A stretch of 63,697 nt of DNA, the filler included, from Calcarisporiella thermophila CBS 279.70 (Eukaryota > Fungi > Calcarisporiellomycota), in NCBI RefSeq assembly GCF_041956535.1. It is 5 parts of 5 records of this genome, joined end to end, with 100 filler letters (N's around TTAATTAATTAA, not from the genome) between each part and the next. Parts side by side here need not be neighbours in the genome. Positions count along the whole stretch, not along the records: positions 30,602 to 51,597 come from NW_027192204.1; 4 more parts are not named here. One strand, written 5' to 3'. Positions within the stretch are counted from its first letter, which is position 1; the number at the start of each line of letters is the position of its first letter. The position numbers were made by a program, and so were the translations under genes. The notes beneath the pieces were generated by a model. It saw nothing but the letters and a program-made list of their open reading frames with translations. It was not told where the DNA came from and did not search any database. Shown here one piece after another: positions 37,232 through 49,550 of the stretch.

Positions 37232-38803
37232 ATGTCCTCTGCTGCCACTGCTACTTCTTCGGAAATTGAAAAAAACGAAAAGCCACCGACTGTTAAACCG
37301 GCTGTGGAGTTGCCTAGAGCACAATTCCTCTGGATCATGGTCGTCATTTGGGTGGGCAATTTTGCAGCCTTCTTCAACGAGACAACCGCAACCACCTCCA
37401 TGCACGCTATCGGGCAAGAGTTTGCAGCACTCAGCGATCAGAATTGGATTGCAACATCCTATCTTCTAGGATTCACCGTGACGCAAACATTGTTGGGGAA
37501 GTTCTGCGATATTTTTGGCCGACAACTTCTTTTTAATTCAACGCTTCTCTTATTTTCCATCGGAACACTATGGTGCGCTCTTTCTCCGTCGATGATATCA
37601 GTTGTTATCGCTCGCTTGATACAGGGCATTGGCGCCGCCGGCCGTCAGACAATTGGGCTGATTATCATCCTAGACTGCACCACACCCCAAACTAGAGGAA
37701 TGTGGCTAGGAACCTTCCACTTGTCTCTGTCGCTTGGTCTGGCGGTCGGCCCATGGATCGGGGCTATATTGTCTGTAATGGCGACCTGGCGATACACCTT
37801 CTGGATCACCCTTATTTTGAATGCGTTAACGTTTATTATTGCCCTTATCTACATGCGCTTCCCGGGAAAAGATGGGAAGATATCAGAAAAGCTTAAACAG
37901 GTGGACTATGTTGGCTCCTTCCTCGCAGTCGGAACCGCCTCGTTAGTGTGCATTGCCCTAGAGCTAGGTGGCAAACAATTTAAATGGAACTCGGTGCCAA
38001 TCATTGTTATGTTTTGTTTGGCCGCCGTGCTCATTCCAGCGTTTGCTTACTATGAATTGCACTTCGCGTCGCAGCCAATTGTCAACTTTAGACTTTTCAA
38101 AAAACTAAATATAATTCTTGCGTGCTTCCTTAACTTCGTATGTGGCGCTGCACTCTTTGGAAGTGTTTTCTACCTTCCCAGGTACTTCATTAACGTTCTA
38201 GGCAGCGATCTCATCACTGCGGGGGTGCAGCTGTTTGGGCTTAATATTGCTGCAGGATTTTCTTCAGTAGCTGGCAGCAATCTTATTTCGCTCACCGGTA
38301 AGACTCGACTGGTGGGCGTGATGGGTGCCGTTCCTTTCATTCTGGGCGCTGCTCTAATGTTTACCGTCAATGAAGTCAGTCCTGCGTGGAAATCCATCGT
38401 GTTGAGCATCTTGATGGGGCTTGGAATTGGTTGTTTGTACCAACCCGCCCTAGTTGTGGGTCCCATGTCTGTCAAACAAGAGGAGGTGGCTGGCATCAGC
38501 GGATTTCTTGGATTTCTACGGACACTAGGGGGCACAGTCGCTACGGCCCTGTTGACCTCGGTGTTCGACACTTCATTCAAGTCCCAGCTTTATGGCGTGC
38601 TTCCCAGCGACCTCGTTGATACGGGCTTGAAGCTGGCTGATGAGCATGAAAATTATCCAGAGTATAATGGCGTGATAATCAAGGCTATAGTGTATGCATT
38701 CCATATTGGCTACATTCCGGTAATTGCATTTGGTATCACCTACCTAGTTAGTGTGGTGCTATTAAGGGGGGTAGATTTCACACCCAAGCCAAGGAAGACT
38801 TAA
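37232..38803 (+). CDS. MFS drug:H+ antiporter (DHA2, 14-TM), intronless
   Basis: WIATSYLLG, GKFCDIFGRQ, ARLIQGIGAAG, GPWIGAIL..TWRYTFWI, VDYVG, FLRTLGG. Confidence 0.9.
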   Translation: MSSAATATSSEIEKNEKPPTVKPAVELPRAQFLWIMVVIWVGNFAAFFNETTATTSMHAIGQEFAALSDQNWIATSYLLGFTVTQTLLGKFCDIFGRQLLFNSTLLLFSIGTLWCALSPSMISVVIARLIQGIGAAGRQTIGLIIILDCTTPQTRGMWLGTFHLSLSLGLAVGPWIGAILSVMATWRYTFWITLILNALTFIIALIYMRFPGKDGKISEKLKQVDYVGSFLAVGTASLVCIALELGGKQFKWNSVPIIVMFCLAAVLIPAFAYYELHFASQPIVNFRLFKKLNIILACFLNFVCGAALFGSVFYLPRYFINVLGSDLITAGVQLFGLNIAAGFSSVAGSNLISLTGKTRLVGVMGAVPFILGAALMFTVNEVSPAWKSIVLSILMGLGIGCLYQPALVVGPMSVKQEEVAGISGFLGFLRTLGGTVATALLTSVFDTSFKSQLYGVLPSDLVDTGLKLADEHENYPEYNGVIIKAIVYAFHIGYIPVIAFGITYLVSVVLLRGVDFTPKPRKT

Positions 38804-39306
38804 AGCTCCCTATAATATAACATATTTGCATAGCAACCACCTCCTTAAGGGAATATTGTCTATTCCAAGCTATCTATTTGCTAATATACTGGTTTAAGCA
38901 TACCTGATTTATTTCTTGTCCATTCGAAACTCCCACTTACTTTAACCTCTTTTGCTCGCTTCTTTTTCGTATAAAATAAAATTCTCAAGAGGTCCGATAT
39001 AAGAACGGTTCAACAGTGATGTTATTAATTGATTTTGGTAGAATTAATTATCACGTCAAAAGCACCTCCCAAATTGTAAAAGATCAGACTTTTTATGGAG
39101 CTTTTCTATACGTGCAATCAGGCGAGCGGGTTATCTGATGCATTTTCTGTTATAGTCGACGTACGTGATACAGCTGAGGATGTAAAAGAAATTCATTAAG
39201 AACTTTTGGAAACTGGAAAAGCATATTTTTTGCTGTTTGGTTCCGGTAGACATAAATACTGCAAGCTACTAAGAACTTCTTGGGGTAATTGGAGTAGATT
39301 CAAAAT

Positions 39307-41534
39307 ATGCAAGGCAAATAACCCCAAAGCAGCCATTTAGTTGCATATCGGATGCAAAAAGCAGGATAAAACTTCCAGAGAGTGTGCTGAAAAAGTTTAA
39401 ATTTCATAATTTGCTTGATGTTCGATCGGAATGTGGTTCAATAGTATAATTTGCTCCTTTTTCTGTCTTTCTATGCTTGGGTTAAACATTATGAAATTAT
39501 GAAAAAATATTTCCTGAAGGTAAAAACTTGGACGTTACTCTCAAATTTATTTAAGAGGTGAGAGAACATGCTCTCTGCATCGCACTGCAGATCGAGTGTT
39601 TAGATGAACTGTTTGTAATGTAGAGCTGACTATCCAATTTGGATGGCTTATACCAAATCCCAGACAATAAGATATCACAGCAGCCATGTTAAAAGAGAAA
39701 TTCTATTATTTCGATCAGATTATATATGGCGATGTCATCATTAAATGAAGTATCCTCATTAATAACACATGAGCCCTCTATTGAATCGTCCGGTGCTTTA
39801 TGCTCAGTAACCTCGGATAATGAGATTACTGACACGGAAGATGCAAGTCATGAATCATTGTATCCATTACGCATCTCTTCAGCGGGCGCATTGCGATTCC
39901 AGCTCAGATTAAATTCTCTGACCGATCTATATAGGCTTTTAAGTGGCGAATTATACGAAGAAGGAGTGATTTTACCTTTTCGATACGAGTCTTTCAATTT
40001 GCTAGATGACGACAAACCAAATGTTCGCTGTACAATTTTCAGAACTCTTTCCCAACCAAAGCGAATTGGAGACAATATTCTTAGTCGAACTAGTAAAATT
40101 ACAGTCAAGAAGAAGATTGTTGATTATCTGTTCAATGTGTACATAGGCGATTGCTTTATTCCATATAAACACCCTAATAGTGCGGCATTGCTTGAGAGTT
40201 ATTATCGAAAGGAGCTTGAACCCGCACTAGTCCATACCGCTATTGCTTTCTCTGCTATCCATCTGTTGATCATGCATCCTCAGACATCAATGAGGAAGCA
40301 TCTTCACTCGCTTGCGGGAACACTAATTGCGCAGGCAAGATCTTCTTTGGAAGATGTATTTGATACACCCTCTTTACAGACTGTACTTGCATTTCTAAAT
40401 ATGGACGTTTGTATGGTTTCCCTTTGTCGGTTTGAGGATGCATATACCTATTTTTCTCAGGCTGTATTGATCGCTCTCTCCCTGCAGCTGTATAAGGATG
40501 ATCCCAACGAGAGAGATCCTGTGCAGAGAGAATTTCGAAGGAGAGTCTGGTAAGTTAAGCTCATCTCTTTACCCATTCCTATTATTAAACATGCCACTTT
40601 ACATATAGGCTTTCGATTTGCAAATTAGAAGTAACCTATAGATATAATTATGGAAAACCCCCAAAGATTAGCCTCAAGCATTTATTCCATTCACCCAAGC
40701 CCACAGCGACCTTGAACGATAGTGAACAATACAAGTTTACCTTGGTAAGACCGATTGAGTTTCGGAGAACTCAAGCATGAAATAATCAAGTTGTCCACTA
40801 GATAATTTATATGTTAGAGCTTATGGGTTTCCGTGCCCTAATGGAGCTCAAGGATATCGACTGGTTGCTTCCTGATGATGCTATTGTTCAGCAGCTCGTT
40901 GAAATCGCGACCTATATGCATAATATTTGGAACCAGCTACATCAATACTGTGACAACGCTATTCTACAGAGATATTATACTATAGAGCTCAGCGGGAATT
41001 TCTGGATTAAATGGTGCATCCTTTGGCAACAATTTATACAATCCAATGCACCACCCGGCAGATTAGAAACGGATACAATGCAACAATTGGGAGCCAAGGC
41101 TCTCAGTGAATATGATAAGGTAATGACCTTGCTTGCTTATCCCATCCACTATTGACAATACTTTTTTTTTTGCTCCTACATCTCGTTTGTTTGAAAAGGG
41201 TTTAACCAATATCCTACTGTGCTTAAAAAATGCCCTTCTTGCTCAAAATTGGTGCAAAAACTACCCATTTTTTATCACGCATTTTATTTGCAAAAACAGC
41301 AAGTTCCTCACTACAAATCACCCCAATCCGCATATCCGTCGCAATGTATTTTGTTCTCTTTACGAGACGCTTAACCTGATACGCTCACTTGAGAACACGG
41401 GAATAGTGGAACAATGGATTGCTAATGAGATTGTAGAGGCTTTAGCGGAAATAAGGCCTGTGGTATTTTCGAGGGAAGAACTAGAGAACCTGGAACGGCC
41501 AAAGCCAAAACGTATAGCTATGAAACCAAATTGA
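39307..41534 (+). pseudogene. Fungal Zn2Cys6-type transcription factor with intact-looking middle-homology region but frameshifted/decayed DNA-binding domain
   Basis: ORFs 39726-40553, 40811-41155 and 41133-41534 show the Fungal_trans pattern (PSLQTVLAFL, A.LIALSLQL..D, EFRRRVW); broken Cys-spaced remnants at 39342-39599. Confidence 0.62.
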
Positions 41535-42905
41535 ATATGACGGTATTGATACACCACTGATATCCTGCTCATCTTTTTGTACTCGTCAATGTAACTATAT
41601 ACTTCCTTCTTGTGAAGTTGACAAGGTTTCCAACCATGAACACACCGTGAAATACTACTTATTGATATATGCCCCACATATCTAGGAATGAAAACCAAGT
41701 TTATTATTGATTTGACAATAATTAAACTTGAAAACGCATCTGTCTTTGAGTCCTGTTAATAACGCTTGACCACTTGGTCAATTGAATAATACAGAATCAG
41801 TCTGAACATTTACATTCACAGTTAATTGTTCTTCGCCTAAAATTTCATTTGGAAGATTATGCCTTAATCTTGCACGCATTTATCGGGAATAGCCCATGGC
41901 CATAGAGCTCATGTTTTATTGATTTCATTGTTGCCAGAAATCCTGGAGTAAGCATACAGTGGCCTAGAAGATGAAATGACATGTTCAATGGAATAGTTGA
42001 TTTGTCCAATCCACGTTCAGAATAGTGGAATAATAGTCGAATGTAAGGATTGAAACTTTTGGCTTATTTCTGAGCACCATTCAAATGCTCACGCGATAGA
42101 TGCCTTAGCTGAAGTCTCCATCATTCTACAACGCTGGTCTCGTCATCCATAGCCGTGTCAAATCTATATGAATGGTTTCCTAAAATGAACCGCTTTTGTT
42201 TGTTGTTTCAAATTAACTCGATCGGAGAGTTTTGGATCATGAGCCTGCTCTATTGGTCCAGCTGGCTAAGGGGAGAGTGGGGCAACAAATCTCGTATAGA
42301 TTGGTGCGCGTTATACCAGCATTTCCGCTGACACACTCTCGGAAACTCCAGTATTCAAAAATTAGCTGTGTTTTTTTTTTCGCTTTTTCAGCGGAAACGA
42401 GCGTTGGTTGCTTCCAGCGAAGTTTTACCCGGATCTCCCCACTCGTAGCCACGCTTCTTTCCCGCTAGCTAGCTATTCCACAACAGCGGATTTCGTTACA
42501 AGAATTTGATTATCAATCACAGGACTCTTTTATCCGAGGCATGTAAAGGCTCTATTGACCATGGACCGGCAAGGAAGCCTCAATTACATTATATCCATCA
42601 GATAGACGGCATAGCCAATGTTTGTTTTAGCTAATCGCTTCCATTGTGCATTGCACATCGATTGGAAATGATTGTCCCCAAGTCAATATACCTGGTATTC
42701 AAGGTTTTTCCGATGTCCATCCATTTTCTTTTGGATACTCAGAGGATGAATTTTTTCCCTAAAGCGGGACAAAGTATTGTTTATCGATCCTAACCTTTAG
42801 CCATTTTGATGACGCAATAGGTGCTTTTAAGCAAATATATATATTGCTTTGATCAACATAATTTGAGAATCACTCATGTACATAGATTGAAGTACTTGTT
42901 TAGAA

Positions 42906-45900
42906 ATGACATTTTACGAGAGTGATAAAATTCCTGGGCCGCCGCCTAGGTATGTGTTTATCTGTTTGGTACTAGGATCGTGAGCTATCAGGCAGCCGTG
43001 AGCTGACTTCAGCCCTTTATTAGCATTCTGTTAGGCAATATACCCGATCTACTCCCGGATTTCATTGGAAATTTTCGGCGCCTCCACAATGAATATGGCC
43101 CCGTAATGCGCATTCGATACGGAGGTCATGACTACGTTTCCGTATGCGATCCCGAGGCTCTCCAAACTGTTTGCAAGGATGGCGAATACTTTACAAAAGA
43201 AGTTGTCAGCACCTATGAAGAACTGGCTATTCTGAACGGCCGGGGTCTTGTCACAACTGCAACAAAAGATCCAGACTGGGTCTTGGCACACAAGCTGCTG
43301 ATGCCGGCGTTCTCTGCAAAGGCTATGAGGGCTTACCACTATAAAATGGGCAAGTGTATCCAAGAATTAATAGGAATCATTGAAGCGCACCAGAAATCCG
43401 GTGAAGAGTTGGACGTCTCACGTTGGATGATAGCGCTTGCTTTAGAAAGCATCGGCCGAATCGGTTTCGACTACAATTTCGATCTGCTCAAAGACTCGAA
43501 TGCCGAGAGGCACCCATTCACCGTTGCACTGTCCTATGTCCAGTCAATGATGATGAAGCGCTCTCAGTCCGTTTCTTGGATGAAATGGGTGCACACTAGT
43601 GCTAATTCCCGTTTCCAGCGAGATCTTGAGACTTTGAGAGGCACCATTGATGACGTTCTCAAGGAGCGCAGAGCTAATCCACACGGCAGCGACGACAGCT
43701 CAGATTTACTGGACTTCATGCTGCAAGCCTCAACGAAAAGTGGTGAGCGACTCGATGATAGACTCATCAGAGATAATATCATTACATTCCTTAATGCAGG
43801 TATGGTAGTTTTCAATATTCGTTGGGAGGAGCCAAATTATATTATATTTATGCTTGTTACATTATACTTTTAGGACATAACACTACAAGCTCTTTCCTCA
43901 GCTGGACAATCCTTGAACTATGCCGCCACCCTGAAATTGTTAAAAAGATCCTTCAAGAAATCGTAGATGCCGGGATCACACCAGATGAAATTCCTTCTCC
44001 TGAACAAGTCGGCAAATGCACCTATCTTGACCTTGTAATTCAAGAATCGCTTCGCTACCATTCTCCAATTCCCTTAGTCTACAAAGTGTGTAAGAAGGAT
44101 TGCACTATTAAGGCGCAAGGAAACGAGTATCACATTAAAGCTGGGCAGGTGATCCAAGTGCAAATTTCTTCTGTTCATAAGGAGTCTACAGTGTGGGACA
44201 ATCCGAACGTCTTTGATCCTGATCGATTTTCAGATCCTGAGGCTAACCAAAAGCGGCCTCTTGATGCTTGGATGCCGTTTAGCGACGGCCCACGAGCATG
44301 TATTGGCCGGTGAGTTCTAACAAAGGAGTCCGATGAAAAGATGGTAGGTAGAAGACTAATGATGAATTTACCCTATTAGACAATTTTCTCTACAAGAAGG
44401 GAAGCTAGCGCTGATTATGTTGCTTACCAGGTTCCGATTTGTGATGGACAACCCTGAGAAACAAATCGACTATGAAATCGTCGTTTCCATCAAGCCCGTC
44501 GACCTTTTTGTTAAAGTGCTCCCCGCTGAACTTCCTCCCCCCACCGACCCGAATAATGCTGAAGCTACCGCTAAAAAAGTGGAAAAATCTAGGGAGCAGT
44601 CGGTGGATATGCCTTCTGGGCAAGCGAAATTCCCTTTGCCCAAGGTGACCTTCTTGTATGGCACGCAAACAAACACCGCCGAGGAATACGCTCGCAAACT
44701 TTCCAGTCAAGCGAAAAACTTCGGATTCAAGGAGATCGTCGTGGACGAGCTTGACAGTTGGAGCCTAGCGCAAGGAGGCGACCTCGCGCGCCTTGATCGT
44801 GGCGAAAAGGCACCCACAAGTGAAGACGGAGTCAAAATGACCGAGCTTGTGGTTATAGTCACCGCCACATACAATGGCCATCCGCCTGATAACGCTATCG
44901 AGTTCGACAAATGGTTGTCTTCTAAAACCGAAGACAATAACGGTAAGGCGAATATACTCGAAGGCCTCCTCTATGCAGTATTCGGTTGCGGGAACCGCCA
45001 GTGGGCCTCGACTTTCCAAGGTATGGCAATAGCAATTGAATCCCATGGCTCTCGTGTATTGACAAGCTGTTTTTTATTCAATTGCGCTACTTGTAAAGCC
45101 TACCCTAAAAAGGTAGACATAGGTCTGGAGCTGCTTGGCGCTGAACGACTGCTGCCCGCCGGAGTCGGCGATGCTAACGAAGACATTGATGGCGACTTCA
45201 GCGAATGGTCTGCAAACTTCTGGAGCGCTCTGATGCAACGCTATGGTCAAGCAACTTCGGATAAGGCTGCCGATATTATGACAAAATCTGGGCCCATTGC
45301 CGATCCGTGTGACGATTTCACTCTGCAATTTTTGCCTTTACACAAGGACACGAGCATTGTTGAAGCTGCCAAAGAAAACAAAAACCGGCACGGTCCCCTA
45401 GTAACGATCAAGGCTAATCGCGAACTCCAAAACTCTGAAGCGAGCGCGAGGAGTACGAGACATATAGAATGCGAATTCCCCGCCGAGGAAAATAAGTTAC
45501 CGTTATATGAAGCTGGTGATCATCTCGAGGTAAGAGTTACTTCGTGTTTGAAAATCTGGCTTAATTATATCGACAATCAATGTCCAGCCCCTGGATTGAA
45601 ATTGCAATACGATATACAGTATTCAGCATTGTGTTTCAGATTTATGGTCGCTAACATTTTCGCCCTTACAATTCTAGGTATACCCCATCAATGATACTCA
45701 ATTAGTGGAGGAAATTGCCATCAACCTTGGATTTGCTCTGGATTCTGTGTTTGAAGTCAAAAAACTCAACATCACCAATCTGTCCCCACGATCACTCGCC
45801 GCAACTATTAAAGGACCATGCACCATTCGCAATGCCCTTACTTATTATGCCGATCTTACTGGTCCCCCTACCCGCTATACCCTAGCTGTACTGGGTAAAC

Positions 45901-46834
45901 AGTTAGCAAAAGTCCGCCCAGATGTTGCCGAACGTTTGTTGGATGTTCTTCAGCCCGGCAAAGAGACCCCTCGCCTCAAAGAATTCTTGGCTACCCATCG
46001 TACCATTGTGGATGTTATTAAGGCGTTCGAGATAACGGAACTGAGCTTCAAAGAATTCTTGAGTTCAGTTAACGCAATTGTCCCGAGAAAATATTCGATT
46101 AGCAGTGGCCCTTCTGAGCACCCTAATCAACCATCCATTGTAAGCTATTAAGCATCTAGATTTTATTTTTCTCCGGTCCTGTTTATTTATCTCTTCTAAT
46201 TTTATAGACGGTCGGTGTAGTACGGGATCTCGGTGGGCCAGATGGTAAGCGTGTCTACCATGGCCTCTCCAGCGGCTACTTGCAGCAACTCGAACCTGGT
46301 ACTAAAATACATGCCCAAATTAAGCCATGCAAGTCAACCTTCCGCCTACCTAGCGACGAAACCCTTCCCGTCATTTTCATATGCGCTGGTACTGGATTCA
46401 GTCCATTCCGTGGCTTCCTTCAGGAGCGTCGCGCAAAAGGCTTGAAGAGTACCGAGAAAAATGGCACTTCAGATGCATATTTGTTTTTCGGTTGCCGTAA
46501 TCCAGAGCATGATTTCATTTATGAAGACGAGATCAAATCCTATCTTGAAGACGGGACTTTGACCAGTGTTTTTACTGCCTTCTCTCGTACAGGACAAACA
46601 GTCCGGTACGTTCAACACTGCATACTCCAAGAAGCTGCGCTTATATTCGAATTGTTGGAAAATCGTAATGCGTCAGTCTATATATGCGGCTCAGCTGGCA
46701 CTATGGCAAGAGATGTGCGCAGAGTATTCATTCGATTGAAGGAGCAAATGACTGGGCTATCAGAGTCTGAAGCAGTCGAATATATTGACAATTTGATAGA
46801 ACAAGGTCGCTATAACGAAGATATTTGGGGCTAA
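42906..46834 (+). CDS. Self-sufficient cytochrome P450 / NADPH-P450 reductase fusion (CYP102/CYP505/CYP5205-like), multi-exon
   Basis: IPGPPP start; AHKLLMPAFS; NAG-HNTT; ESLR; FDPDRF; PFSDGPRACIGRQF; FMN domain LYGTQTNTAE, TATYNGHPPDNA, YAVFGCGN; FAD/NADPH domain PRKYSISS, ICAGTGFSPFRGF, LFFGCR, YICG, RYNEDIWG. Confidence 0.94.
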
Positions 46835-47734
46835 AATAGAAAATTGAGATTTTTTTAGCTCCTATCTATAATATATTGGATTGACTTGTATTATATTAAA
46901 GCTACCAATTTCTTTAAACTTGTCTTGTTCAATTTTATCAAACTTTTAACAAAAGCCACGCCAATATTGGATTTCTCTTATAAGTGTCTGCAAATCATCT
47001 GTTCGATATCTACTGATTTTCTCTATACCATTGATAACATTTATGTTGCGAAGAATAGCTGGAATAAAATATACTATAAAGGGCTTGTAGTGTTCAGTGG
47101 TGGGATAATTCTCTCAACTCTAGCTTGGTTATCTTGTCTTTTATTGTTATGCAGATATCCCCTCCCTTCACTCTATTCTGTTGTATTTGTTCATTGATCA
47201 ATCTGGAAATTCGAAATGGACTTTTACAACTTGGAATTGCTCTAAACAAATACTGTGATTTGCAATCTAACTTCAATCTAATTGATACTGAATTTGAACC
47301 TAATCACTTCTTGGACCTCCAACTCTACATTAGATCACTGGGATTTTGACATCTTAACTATAATTTTGGCCACCTTAATTCTATTTTTGGGTGTGGACAA
47401 TCAGCTGATTTATTAGGGTTGAAAACAAAGATATTAGGCTTTCTATTCATGATTCTTTGCCCCTCTAATGGATAAATATTTATTGCATTTAGGGAATCAG
47501 CGTGTATATTAAATAAATGGTCAAATATAAATCAGTCAGCAATACAAAATGTCTCATCAGCTGAAATAATCAAAAATAGAAAATATAGCTTACTGCTGCA
47601 GGAGTCACTATGAAATAAACTTTAGTATCAAATTTGAATCATCTTCGTGCGACTGGCCAATATATATTTGTATTTTGAATGATCTAATAAGATGATCAAA
47701 TATAATTCCATTTATATGAATACGCTACATTACC

Positions 47735-48484
47735 ATGTATGACTTCAACTCCATTATTCCTGTCCCAAAAGAACTATTAGGTGAACGCGTCCTATTAGAG
47801 CCCTTAGAGGTCGGTTGAATTTGCGAACTTGTTTGATTGTTGAATTAATCTCCATTTAATCCAGCCAAAGCATGTCCCTAATCTATATGAAGCGAGCCAT
47901 AAAGATGAGAGAGCGAAGAGCGTATTCAAATATTTACCTTATGGCCCATTCGAATCCGCTGAAGCTTACCTGGAATGGGTTGTAAATGGTCCTAGATTGC
48001 GCGCGGACCCTCGGGCGTTGCCATTTTGCATCATCGATCGTAAATCTCAGAGAGCCGTCGGAGTCATTAGGTAGATTTCCATAACCTACGTCATTAGGTA
48101 TAACCTAATTTACTAGTGCTCTCATAATGTTCTAGTTTTCTTAATGCTGAGCCTGAACACAAAGGAGTGGAAGTCGGCCATATTTGGATAACCCCCGAGT
48201 ATCAACGTACTTATGTGAACACTGAGGCAAATTACTTGCTCTTCACCTATGCCTTTGATACGTTGGGATATATTCGTGTGCAATGGAAATGCAATCACAA
48301 GAATGAAATTTCACGCAACGCAGCATTACGTTTGGGCTATAAATATGAAGGCACCCTTAGAAACCATATGATACTTCCCAATGGTGACATACGTGATTCC
48401 GATTATTTCTCTGTAACCGATGTTGAGTGGCCAGAAGTTAAAAGCATGCTCCTTGCCAAAATGAAATCCTACGTTTCGTTGTAG
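47735..48484 (+). CDS. GNAT N-acetyltransferase, RimJ/RimL (YdaF-like) family (3 exons)
   Basis: LLGERVLLEPLE; FKYLPYGPF; VEVGHIW..P..QRT.VNTEA.YLL..YAFDTLGYIRVQWKC...N..SR.AALRLG..YEG.LRNHM. Confidence 0.88.
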
Positions 48485-49238
48485 ATAACCCTTTTTTACA
48501 CAGTGTATTTATTAGAGAGTTGGTTAACAAAGTTACACTATGTTTCGGCTATTTATAACTTCGTTGTTAATAACATTAAGAAATATGTTTATATGTTGAG
48601 TATTTCTTCGTACTCATAACTGCTTTATCCGAACTATTTATTATTCGTAAGTAGCTACATAAAGTATAATGTATATATTTTGGAATGCGTATTTTGAATA
48701 ATCCTTGCAATAACTATACCCTGCTAGTAAATTTCGCAAACACTAGTGGAGGCGGTATACTAATATCTTAAACATAAGGCGCCAGCTTATTAAAGATGAT
48801 AATTATTTGCTAAATGAACATATAGAAGTTTTGTCATCAAAGCTGATAGAGGATATATTATGGTATGATAAGTACGAAAAACATCAAAAAAGGTGGAAAT
48901 AGATATGAATGGGGGAAGAAATCTTTCGAAAATATTTCGAACTGTATCAGAATATTATTATACATTTGACATCCATGAGAGACTTTAATAATAATTTTGT
49001 GATAGAATGTCAATGCTCTTCAAAGCTTTGTGAATTTTACTTTTGTACACGAATTTTTGATAAAAAATTTGAAGCTTTGAGTAAAGGATTTAACACTAGG
49101 AACTGGGTATTAATTAAAATTAAAACTTTTATTTATAATTGTGTACTCATAACATACTCCTCGTATTCATCAAAAATTATATGTCAGGTACTTCATCACT
49201 AATGAATTTAAACAACATGGGGTTTTGGGGCTAAAGTT

Positions 49239-49550
49239 CTAACAGCATGGTGTACCGTCACTTCCAGAGCCATAGGGATAAATGATAAACTTGTCAAATG
49301 ATATGTCACTGTTTGAATAGTCGTTGCACCTCCAGCCCAGTCCTGAGCAACCTCTGCAAATCTGCACACAGTATCCACTACGTGTACCTTGCCACCTGTA
49401 GGATCTGAAGCTCCCGGTTTTTTTCCCAGGAGCAGATGAAACCTCACACGCCCCATTCATACTAGTCTCACTACACGCTGTCATTTGGTAGCAGTTGACA
49501 ACACTCATAAAAAAGAAAGCCAAAATAATCGAAAGTTGGAGCTTAAACAT
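49239..49550 (-). CDS. Small secreted cysteine-rich protein (103 aa)
   Basis: Signal peptide MFKLQLSIILAFFFMSVVNC; 8 Cys in 83-aa mature region ending in CC; TATAAATA on the minus strand at about 49675-49682. Confidence 0.8.
   Translation of the reverse strand: MFKLQLSIILAFFFMSVVNCYQMTACSETSMNGACEVSSAPGKKTGSFRSYRWQGTRSGYCVQICRGCSGLGWRCNDYSNSDISFDKFIIYPYGSGSDGTPCC

Noticed and set aside
28524-48484. NRPS fragment as the core of the adjacent P450/MFS/TF cluster
   Set aside because: Separated by an artificial spacer; no evidence of physical linkage
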